42,683 nt of DNA from a virus: IMG/VR virus record IMGVR_UViG_3300029620_000016, positions 1 to 42,683 of that record, one strand, 5' to 3'. Positions within the stretch are counted from its first letter, which is position 1, and each line of letters opens with the position of its first letter. The notes under the pieces were generated by a model. It was not told the DNA's origin, ran no database searches, and was given only the letters and a program-made list of their open reading frames with translations. The position numbers and the translations under genes are program-made. Shown here piece after piece: positions 9,397 through 16,741 of the stretch.

Positions 9397-9560
9397 TTTT
9401 GTTAGTCACCTCTAACTTACTTTTTACTTACTAAAGAATGGAAGACCAATGAAGGAGGTTAGCGAACATCAGTCTTCCAGATAGAAAGGAGATACAGCAA
9501 GGGTGAAAAACTTACTAAAACACCCTTACGAGCTAATTATATACTTTTAATAAAAAATAT
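9397..9560 (-). promoter_or_regulatory. Long structured 5' leader of the late operon
   Basis: Two hairpins are visible: tGGAAGAC-N25-GTCTTCCa (9439-9479) and AAGGGTG-N15-CACCCTT (9499-9527). The leader lies between the promoter-like element at 9561-9590 and the ATG at 9396. Confidence 0.35.
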
Positions 9561-9590
9561 ACAATATCAACAAATATCAACTTTTGTAAA
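9561..9590 (-). promoter_or_regulatory. Promoter-like conserved 30-mer, copy A, upstream of the late operon
   Basis: The minus strand reads TTTACAAAAGTTGATATTTGTTGATATTGT. It matches 18641-18670 at 25 of 30 positions. Possible -35 TTTACA and -10 TATTGT. Confidence 0.4.
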
Positions 9591-9592
9591 CA

Positions 9593-9616
9593 AAAAAGAC
9601 TAGAAACTAGTTCTAG
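9593..9616 (-). terminator. Weak candidate terminator after the late-activator gene
   Basis: CTAGAA-ctagt-TTCTAG hairpin overlapping the stop codon, followed by TCTTTTTT on the minus strand. The stem is only 6 bp and AT-rich. Confidence 0.3.
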
Positions 9617-9915
9617 CCTTGATTGTAAATATTCAATAATTCTTTTAAACCTTTGATATGTAATGCATGTATCCACTGGCGTGATACTTTCATTTTCTTA
9701 GATATTTCTTTAAAACTAAAGCCATTGATATATCTTAGCATCATGCACATTCTAGCGCTTTTATCATCAATCTTGTGTATGTTGATTCTTAATTGCATCA
9801 CACGTTCAGTTAAGTCATTCAAATTAATATCATCGTTTAATTTTTTAAGTGAATAAGAATACACATCATAAGTGAGTGCATCATCCAACAATCTTTTCAA
9901 CTCTTTCTCAGTCAT
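9613..9915 (-). CDS. Putative late-gene transcriptional activator with a sigma-70 region-4-like HTH, in a RinA/ArpU-like position
   Basis: C-terminal HTH FSFKEISKKMKVSRQWIHALHIKGLKEL. It sits just upstream of the packaging operon. I moved the start to the ATG at 9915 because the GGAGGA SD lies inside the TTG-extended track ORF. Confidence 0.55.
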   Translation of the reverse strand: MTEKELKRLLDDALTYDVYSYSLKKLNDDINLNDLTERVMQLRINIHKIDDKSARMCMMLRYINGFSFKEISKKMKVSRQWIHALHIKGLKELLNIYNQG

Positions 9916-9939
9916 TATTAATCCTCCCAAATTTGAAAA

Positions 9940-10162
9940 GGTAAGGGTTGGAGTTGCTATATTATATATTTATTATTATTTATTATTTTATATATTTTTT
10001 ACTAATTTTTACTATTTTTTCATTAAAAATATATAAATATAAAAGAAAATCGCCTCTTAACTCCAACCCTTACTTTTTTGCCAAAAAAACCAGTTATAAT
10101 CGCATTTTTTGCGGTAAGGGTTCATTGATTTAACACTTACCAACACTTACCCAACACTTACC
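9940..10162 (-). repeat. Cassette C1: decamer-flanked 103-bp AT-rich core. It is the inverted paralogue of 23109-23332.
   Basis: Read on the minus strand: 3x GGTAAGTGTT, 11 nt, CCCTTACC, 39 nt (A6..T7..A6), GTAAGGGTTGGAGTT, 103-bp AT-rich spacer, AACTCCAACCCTTACC. The arms at 9941-9955 and 10059-10073 form a perfect 15-bp inverted repeat. Confidence 0.85.
9961..9966 (-). promoter_or_regulatory. Candidate -10 (TATAAT) inside cassette C1, facing the late-activator gene
   Basis: The minus strand reads aaaTATAATatagcAACTCCAACCCTTACC. No good -35 is seen. Confidence 0.3.
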
Positions 10163-10178
10163 TTTTTAAGATTTTTGA

Positions 10179-10237
10179 GGTAAGAGGTAAGGGTTAAGGT
10201 AAGGGTTGGTAAGGGTTTATAAGCACTAACCCTTACC
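10179..10237. repeat. Extra decamer array flanking C1
   Basis: GGTAAGA, GGTAAGGGTT x3 (starts 10186, 10198, 10208), then an inverted AACCCTTACC at 10228-10237. Confidence 0.85.
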
Positions 10238-10257
10238 GCTAAAAGTGTTATATTTTG

Positions 10258-10434
10258 TTATAAATTACACCATAAAATTATAAATACTATTTCAAAAAAT
10301 ATAGATGGCAAAAGTGATAATCCACTAACACCAACTGCATCATCATCAAAACGATCATGTCTAATAATAATCCATAGATTAAATAAAATTTCTATTGCTT
10401 GGAATATTGTTGCAATAATAACTAAGTATTTCAT
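10258..10434 (-). CDS. Small predicted membrane protein (58 aa, two hydrophobic segments)
   Basis: Translated by hand: MKYLVIIATIFQAIEILFNLWIIIRHDRFDDDAVGVSGLSLLPSIFFEIVFIILWCNL. ATGA start/stop overlap with the upstream ORF. Confidence 0.4.
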   Translation of the reverse strand: MKYLVIIATIFQAIEILFNLWIIIRHDRFDDDAVGVSGLSLLPSIFFEIVFIILWCNL

Positions 10435-10613
10435 AGCATAATATATCCTCTCTTTTTAGCTTCATCCCATTCTTGTTTAAAAAATACATCTTCACTAATT
10501 TGAATAATTCCATAACAATCATATTTCCATTTAACTTTAACCACTTCCATACCTTTATGGGTAAGGTAGTTTTCACTATATATTTCTTCGATATAATATT
10601 CTAATAAATTCAT
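10431..10613 (-). CDS. Hypothetical protein (60 aa)
   Basis: Its start overlaps the primase stop. Preferred over the overlapping alternative-frame ORF 10379-10576. Confidence 0.45.
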   Translation of the reverse strand: MNLLEYYIEEIYSENYLTHKGMEVVKVKWKYDCYGIIQISEDVFFKQEWDEAKKRGYIML

Positions 10614-12514
10614 TTCACAAACACACTGTATACCTTTCCATCAATTTTTCGTTGTGTAGTTTTCAGTTCAAACACCTTGCATAACCTCTTACTGAAGCTG
10701 TACTTATTGAGCGCTGATTGGCTACCAGTAAGTGAGCTAGTGTATCTCAAATACACCTCTTGAGATGTTTTGTTTTCAAAATCTTCAACATCTAAACCAT
10801 TAATAAATTGTAAGAAGTTATCATTCTCTATTTCATAATCTTTTAACTGTTCAACACATTTATTTGATTCAGTAAAAGCGTTATGTTCAAGAACTCTCTT
10901 TAGTCCCTCAATACCAATTTTAATGAAATACTCCAAACAAGGTTCTTCAAGTAATTCATACTTAATAAATGGTCTATAATCTGGGTCATCCTTGGTAAAC
11001 TTGGCATCACAAGGGATTATTACAAGTCTTCTAATAACTGCTCCAGTCTTATCACGCATCTTAGGTATTTCATTAGCACTAAAAGTAAATTTAGTATAAG
11101 GATTAAACTCGAATGGATCTAACCCTTTACGCTCAGCTTTAACCCTATCTCCAGTAACTAATTTTTTAAATATAGCCACTGCATTACCAGATAAGAATTC
11201 ATCTCCGATATCATCACCAATATTGGCTAACTTGCCACATAACATAGCAGTGTTAAATCTATCTCTAAGCTCTGATATATCAAGCGCCGAAGTGTTTTCA
11301 TAGCCTAATATAACATTCATTACATTTAAGAATGTAGATTTACCGTTGGATTTATCTCCAGTAAATATAAAGGCTTTACCTAATTCATTTCTTCTATAAA
11401 AGTTATAACCGATATATTCCTCAAATAATGCTCTAACTTGTTTATCTTGGCAAGCTATCTTATTTAAAGTCTTATCAGCTAGTTCACTATATGCATTCGG
11501 ATTATAGTCATGAGGGATTTTGTTAGTAATTACTATATCAGGAGTGTAAGATTCTAAAGTATCAGTAACTAGATTATAAATGCCGTTGTTAAAAGCTATA
11601 TAGTTAGCATTGGCTACCTCTTTAACTGGAGCTATAAGTTCTAGGTATTTAAGCACTTCTTTTCTTTGAGTATCTTTTAAATTAGGAATTAATTCAATCA
11701 TGGCTTTTTGAATTTCCTCATATCCATATTGATAATATCCATCTTTATAGATGTGTAACGCACCATTTACTTTGTAAATATGCTTCTCACTTTGTAAGTA
11801 GCGTGCGAATCGGTCAAACAAAAACGTTGTTTTATCAAAAAATATTGGTTTCTCAAAAGCACCATCCCTAAGTATTGTGTCTAGCTCCGAATCACTCAAT
11901 GGTTTTTCCAAAATATATTTATTAATGATCCTTATACACTCTCTAGCTTCTTCTTTAGTAAATCCATTTGATTGTAATGTAAGAATATAGTTAAATAGTT
12001 TTTGGTTTCTTCCATCTCCTTCATTGAGATTTATAAAGTCATTGTTTGAAACATAACTAAGCCACTTAGGACACGTATCATACTCGGCTTGGGGGTCTTT
12101 ATCCCACAAGACAAAACGCTCCTTATTATCGATTTTAAGCACTTCATATGAGCTTGTACCAACTTTGATATCACTAGGTATTCCACAAGCTAGCGTTTTA
12201 TCAGTAATACATTTTTTATGTACTTCATTATTTTTAAATAATAAATGTATACCACCTCTTGATTCATGGATACGACAGTTAAGCTGTAAATCTTCAACTA
12301 TATCAAGTAATACATCTGATATCTTTCTACCTCTAATCTTGCCATATTTATCATCTATATCAACTAATACAGTGTTATCATTGAGAACTCCAGCGTATTC
12401 TGGTAAGTCTTTAACTTGATCATAAGTTAATAAGTCTTTATTTTTAAACTTCATAGTGGATTTTTTATCTTTGGTGATAATAAATCCACGGTAGAATTCT
12501 TTTAAGTTCATCAT
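10610..12514 (-). CDS. Bifunctional prim-pol (AEP) primase / P4-D5-type SF3 helicase
   Basis: N-terminal AEP motifs VLVDIDD and ESRGGIHLLF. C-terminal Walker A FTGDKSNGKSTF. 634 aa, adjacent to the polymerase. Confidence 0.85.
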   Translation of the reverse strand: MMNLKEFYRGFIITKDKKSTMKFKNKDLLTYDQVKDLPEYAGVLNDNTVLVDIDDKYGKIRGRKISDVLLDIVEDLQLNCRIHESRGGIHLLFKNNEVHKKCITDKTLACGIPSDIKVGTSSYEVLKIDNKERFVLWDKDPQAEYDTCPKWLSYVSNNDFINLNEGDGRNQKLFNYILTLQSNGFTKEEARECIRIINKYILEKPLSDSELDTILRDGAFEKPIFFDKTTFLFDRFARYLQSEKHIYKVNGALHIYKDGYYQYGYEEIQKAMIELIPNLKDTQRKEVLKYLELIAPVKEVANANYIAFNNGIYNLVTDTLESYTPDIVITNKIPHDYNPNAYSELADKTLNKIACQDKQVRALFEEYIGYNFYRRNELGKAFIFTGDKSNGKSTFLNVMNVILGYENTSALDISELRDRFNTAMLCGKLANIGDDIGDEFLSGNAVAIFKKLVTGDRVKAERKGLDPFEFNPYTKFTFSANEIPKMRDKTGAVIRRLVIIPCDAKFTKDDPDYRPFIKYELLEEPCLEYFIKIGIEGLKRVLEHNAFTESNKCVEQLKDYEIENDNFLQFINGLDVEDFENKTSQEVYLRYTSSLTGSQSALNKYSFSKRLCKVFELKTTQRKIDGKVYSVFVK

Positions 12515-14226
12515 ATTATTACTCCAAAATCATTAAGTCTTTTCTTGGCTAAATCTATGTAATATTGTTTATCTAATTTATTTGGGATTTTAGTATCCTT
12601 GATATCTCCATTTAAGATAAACATTTGCTGAGGGGTATTAGCAAACTTCTCTAGTGTAGCACTGTTTTCTTTCATCTTGCCAATATACCCATCAGTCGGA
12701 TCAATAGAAGCAAATACTCTAAATGTTCTATCAGATAAAAACTTAGTTGGTCTATCGTCTGTATACCCAATCCCACCTACTTTATATTTACTAGATACCC
12801 TAACTATTTTTTGGAACTGGATTAAATTAGTACATTCATTAATAGTTTTTTCTACTGGGATATTATAAGCCATATAATTAACTAAAGCTGTGTTTAATAT
12901 TGGTAAGTCATTGTCTAACCTGGATGCTTCTTTAACATAAGCACCTTTACGCTCTAGCTTGTTATCAGTATCTATGAATATATAATTGTTTACATCTTTT
13001 TGATAGATTTCTTTAATATAATCAAATCCTAATCCCATACCAGTTCTACTTTCCCACTCATAGCAAATATCATCAACTTGGTTAAATGCATAATCCGTAT
13101 CAGGAATTCTAAGGATTAAACCATCAGTGTTGGATTGTATTAATTCAAATCCATCTATAACCTCTAATTTTTCAATTAAATCAAGTAATAGAAGCTGACC
13201 ATTAATACAAACGTTATTGGCTTGTCTAGGGTCATACGCTGGATTATATTTATCTTTACAGATTCCATAAGTACCATTTAAGACGATCTTATATGGGGCT
13301 TGTTCTTTCTTTTTACCTTCTTTTTTAAGTTGAACACGCTTATCATAGATTTCTTTAAACTTTTCAGGATGCTTACAATTTCTAGTTAATAAGTTGTATT
13401 TAATCATTAAACTTGGATAGTAAGAAATAACATCAACGTGGATTATTAAACCTTTACCATGATATTTTTCTTTTGCACCGTGTAAGCCACCCCAACCAAA
13501 TACATGTGGAACTCCAGCTACTTCTATTTCAAGATTCTTTGTGTAATCCCCTTTGTTCTGCATGAACCAATCTTCAACATACGAATACTTAGATAATCTA
13601 AGCGTTGGAACTATTGATATATCCCATTCATCATTTCTTTGTTGTGGTTCACATTCTAGGATTAAAGCACTCATTTGAGCCTTTGTTTTGGATATGTTGG
13701 ATATGTTTAGATTAAAGGTTTTAATTAAGTCCATAGCGCTATTAAAATCGTTTATACGCTCAATAAATACCTCTATTAAGTTATCAACATCATCTTCACA
13801 ATAACCGAATGTTTCTTTAACTTCTTTAGGCGTAAGCGGTCTTTTAATATCGAATGGAACTGAGGTTTCATGGATATTATTGCCCATATAACCTTCAAGT
13901 TGTTTTAAACTATGCATTGTAGTCATTACATCATAGTTTAATACTGGGAACTCTCTCATCATCGAATTAAACTGCCATCCAGATTTTCCTTTTACGATTA
14001 TCCAATCATTCATTTTCTTAGGGTTAAAGCCACAAAGAATTGATTTTAATATGAATTGGTCATAACCTCTAGAGTTATAACCACACCATATATCGTTTTT
14101 GTTTTCATTGTAATATTTAAGTAAAGCTTCATTATCATTATGAATTTTAGTTGTAGTTCTTGTTTCTGGATTTTTGAGTACAACTAACCAGTCATACTCG
14201 AATACTTCAAAATCATAAAATATCAT
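12511..14226 (-). CDS. Family-B DNA polymerase with a 3'-5' exonuclease domain
   Basis: Exo motifs FYDFEVF, GYNSRGYDQFIL and YCEDDVDNL. Pol motifs HVDVISYYPSL (A), KIVLNGTYG (B) and QSNTDGL (C). Confidence 0.8.
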   Translation of the reverse strand: MIFYDFEVFEYDWLVVLKNPETRTTTKIHNDNEALLKYYNENKNDIWCGYNSRGYDQFILKSILCGFNPKKMNDWIIVKGKSGWQFNSMMREFPVLNYDVMTTMHSLKQLEGYMGNNIHETSVPFDIKRPLTPKEVKETFGYCEDDVDNLIEVFIERINDFNSAMDLIKTFNLNISNISKTKAQMSALILECEPQQRNDEWDISIVPTLRLSKYSYVEDWFMQNKGDYTKNLEIEVAGVPHVFGWGGLHGAKEKYHGKGLIIHVDVISYYPSLMIKYNLLTRNCKHPEKFKEIYDKRVQLKKEGKKKEQAPYKIVLNGTYGICKDKYNPAYDPRQANNVCINGQLLLLDLIEKLEVIDGFELIQSNTDGLILRIPDTDYAFNQVDDICYEWESRTGMGLGFDYIKEIYQKDVNNYIFIDTDNKLERKGAYVKEASRLDNDLPILNTALVNYMAYNIPVEKTINECTNLIQFQKIVRVSSKYKVGGIGYTDDRPTKFLSDRTFRVFASIDPTDGYIGKMKENSATLEKFANTPQQMFILNGDIKDTKIPNKLDKQYYIDLAKKRLNDFGVII

Positions 14227-14250
14227 AATGTTTTATCCCCCTTTCTGTTA

Positions 14251-15417
14251 TTACCCATTGAGTAATACACCTTTACTTCCCGTCATATTCTCCCAACGAT
14301 TTATTATAGTATCAACGTATCTTGGATCTAATTCCATTATTCTAGCGTTACGGTTTAATTGTTCACTTACCATTAGAGTTGTACCGCTACCTCCGAATAA
14401 ATCTAATACTATATCACCTTTTTCAGTACTATTTTTCATTTGATATGCGAATAAATCTAAAGGTTTCATAGTTGGATGCAATTCACTTTTACTTGGTTTA
14501 TTAAACTCTAATACAGTTGTTTGCTTTCTATCACTATACCAGCTATGACTAGCACCATCTTTCCAACCGTATAAGCAAGGCTCGTGTTTCCACTGATAAT
14601 CTTGTCTACCCATAACCATTACATTTTTATTCCATATTAAACATTGTCTAACTTTCCAATCAACTTCTTTACAAGCACTTCTAAAGTTATAACCCTCACT
14701 ATCAGCGTGCCATATATAAAATGATGCTCCATTTTTCATAACGTCATTAGCATTACTAAATGCATCTGTTAAAAATCGCTTGAATTGACTATCTTCCATA
14801 CTATCGTTTTTTATTTTAAGTGAATCTTTAGTTTTACCCTCATAATCAACGTTGTATGGAGGATCAGTTAGCAATAAATCGGCTTTGTCATCATTCATTA
14901 ATTTTTCGACATCATCTGATATAGTTGCGTCTCCACACATCAAACGGTGGTTTCCTAGCTGGTATATATCACCGTATTTAGCTTTGGGTTCTTCTGGAAC
15001 TTCAGGTACTTCATCTTCTATCACTTTTGGTTCTTCTTCATCAATTGACAAATCGAATCCAAAATCCATCATATCTATATCAACAATAGAATTTAATTCT
15101 TCAGCTAATATTTCAAAGTCCCATTCACTCTCAGCACTTTTATTGTGAGCTAGTGTGTAGGCTTTCCTTTGTTCTTCACTCAGATGATCCAATCTGATTA
15201 TTGGGGCTTCTTTATAACCCAATTTCTTTAAAGCCATTAATCTTCCATGACCTTCAATTATTAAGTTATCTTCTCCCCAAACTCCTATTGGGTCGCACAT
15301 CCCAAATTCTTTTATGCTGTTTGCTATTCTTTTAACTTGTTCTTTAGGATGCTTTTTTGCATTTTTATGGTATTTCTTTAAATCATTGATATTTACATAT
15401 TCAATTTTTAAATTCAT
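14251..15417 (-). CDS. ParB-like N-terminal domain fused to a DNA methyltransferase (N6-adenine or N4-cytosine, DPPY type)
   Basis: ParB-like N-terminus (NAKKHPKEQVKRIANSIKEFG...IEGHGRLMA...EQRKAYTLAHNK). Catalytic LLLTDPPYNVDY, with the SAM-binding DLFGGSGTT at the C-terminus. Confidence 0.85.
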   Translation of the reverse strand: MNLKIEYVNINDLKKYHKNAKKHPKEQVKRIANSIKEFGMCDPIGVWGEDNLIIEGHGRLMALKKLGYKEAPIIRLDHLSEEQRKAYTLAHNKSAESEWDFEILAEELNSIVDIDMMDFGFDLSIDEEEPKVIEDEVPEVPEEPKAKYGDIYQLGNHRLMCGDATISDDVEKLMNDDKADLLLTDPPYNVDYEGKTKDSLKIKNDSMEDSQFKRFLTDAFSNANDVMKNGASFYIWHADSEGYNFRSACKEVDWKVRQCLIWNKNVMVMGRQDYQWKHEPCLYGWKDGASHSWYSDRKQTTVLEFNKPSKSELHPTMKPLDLFAYQMKNSTEKGDIVLDLFGGSGTTLMVSEQLNRNARIMELDPRYVDTIINRWENMTGSKGVLLNG

Positions 15418-15452
15418 AAGATAAAAACTCCTTGTGTTTGTATTTTTGATAA

Positions 15453-15484
15453 ATAAGGGTTAGAGTTAACACCCTAACCCTTAT
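15453..15484 (-). terminator. Perfect 11-bp-stem hairpin between early genes; a possible attenuator or terminator
   Basis: ATAAGGGTTAG-N10-CTAACCCTTAT. On the minus strand only a weak TTTAT tract follows. The arms contain the TAAGGGTT core of the decamer family. Confidence 0.35.
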
Positions 15485-15491
15485 AGTTTAA

Positions 15492-15929
15492 TCATTTGTT
15501 TTCTTTTTCAATAATCTCCTTAGATTCTTCTTGAGGAATGGGTTTATGGATTTCTTCGATTTCATCTTTAGTCAATTTAAAATCAAATAGTTTAATTACT
15601 TTTTCAAAGAACATTCTGTATTCACACTCTTCAATAACCTTTGGCATATTTAATTCTTTAAGTCTTAAGATTCTTTTAGCGTATATTTCCAATAAACCAT
15701 ATCTATTGTAAGCCTTAAGTAAATTTGATTGAACGTTATTAAAATCTGTTTCATAAAATTCTCTATATTCTTTAGGAATTACATCCATCATATTCCAGAT
15801 CGATTCATATCCTGGAACTGTCATGCAGTAATATTCATAAACCTTTTGCTTTTTTTCATCTTTGAAGGTTCTCTTAGTTGAACTCTTTTCACCAAAGATA
15901 TTTTTCAATAACCTTTCTTCTAGTGCCAT
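15492..15929 (-). CDS. Hypothetical protein (145 aa)
   Basis: Early-operon ORF. No motif recognised. Confidence 0.5.
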   Translation of the reverse strand: MALEERLLKNIFGEKSSTKRTFKDEKKQKVYEYYCMTVPGYESIWNMMDVIPKEYREFYETDFNNVQSNLLKAYNRYGLLEIYAKRILRLKELNMPKVIEECEYRMFFEKVIKLFDFKLTKDEIEEIHKPIPQEESKEIIEKENK

Positions 15930-15932
15930 AAA

Positions 15933-16400
15933 TTAGTCCTCGAAAATTTCTTCAATTTCGTATGTAATATAACCTTTTCTGTTAACGCCATAGTTTAATG
16001 CGTATGACAACTTTTGTTCTTCACAAGCTTCAGCAATATCCATTAACATACCATTATATTGAGCATAATCTTCAAATTTGATTTCAACCCCAGTATCAAG
16101 CGATTCTAAGAACTTGTTCATTATTTTGATTTGGAATCCTTGAGTTATAACTTGGTTCATAAATATAAGTTGCCATTTATATTTACCTTCTTGAACTTTG
16201 AACCACAATGTAGCCATTGGATCACCATTTTTAGTTGCTTTAACTTCAGCTTTTGTTAATTTAACTTCATATGTGTCATTAACTGGTACTTTAACATAGT
16301 TACCGCCTGGGTTATTAGATGCTTCTTTTATATCTTCTTTCAATCCATCTAAATCAATTGTTTTGTTCCATTTTTCGAATATAGCTTTGTTTTGTTCCAT
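15933..16400 (-). CDS. Possible DUF669-like ssDNA-binding protein
   Basis: Size, position next to an AAA_24-type ATPase, and the pattern YEVKLTKAEVKATKNGDPMATLWFKVQEGKYK. This is a weak recollection-based call. Confidence 0.4.
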   Translation of the reverse strand: MEQNKAIFEKWNKTIDLDGLKEDIKEASNNPGGNYVKVPVNDTYEVKLTKAEVKATKNGDPMATLWFKVQEGKYKWQLIFMNQVITQGFQIKIMNKFLESLDTGVEIKFEDYAQYNGMLMDIAEACEEQKLSYALNYGVNRKGYITYEIEEIFED

Positions 16401-16416
16401 TTTTATTTCTCCTTTA

Positions 16417-16740
16417 TTATTTAACTAAAATTCTTACACTGTCTTTTTTGACAGTTTCTTTTGGATAATCTTTTAAAAGATCGGCATATAATTCAGGTTC
16501 ACTTTCCGCAAATGCTCTTAAATCAACACTCACTGTTGTTGAACCTTTAACAACTGAAATTGTTACGTATTCATTCTTAAATTGAGTAATACCATAATCA
16601 CTCATAACTTTTTGTAAGTTCTCTCTAGCTGTTTTTTCTAAATTGGATAATCTATCTTGTTCTTTTTTTAAATTAGATAGATCTTGCATAAATACTAACG
16701 CTTTACTTTCAAATAAAGCCAATTCATTTTTTTCTTTCAT
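16417..16740 (-). CDS. Coiled-coil protein (107 aa), in a Gp157-like position
   Basis: I trimmed the track ORF 16417-16902 to the ATG at 16740. That ATG directly follows the stop of the upstream gene and has a GAGGTG SD. The longer version overlaps the upstream gene by 160 nt. Confidence 0.45.
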   Translation of the reverse strand: MKEKNELALFESKALVFMQDLSNLKKEQDRLSNLEKTARENLQKVMSDYGITQFKNEYVTISVVKGSTTVSVDLRAFAESEPELYADLLKDYPKETVKKDSVRILVK

Positions 16741-16741
16741 T

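Noticed and set aside
9948-10133. 61-aa plus-strand ORF in the AT-rich core of cassette C1.
   Set aside because: It translates to Ile/Tyr/Phe low-complexity sequence and sits inside a repeat-flanked, promoter-like AT-rich spacer. It has no SD.
9940-10237. Could the GGTAAGNGTT arrays be a CRISPR array?
   Set aside because: The units are only 10 bp and mostly directly abutting, so there are no 25-40-bp unique spacers. They occur in both orientations, and there are no cas genes.
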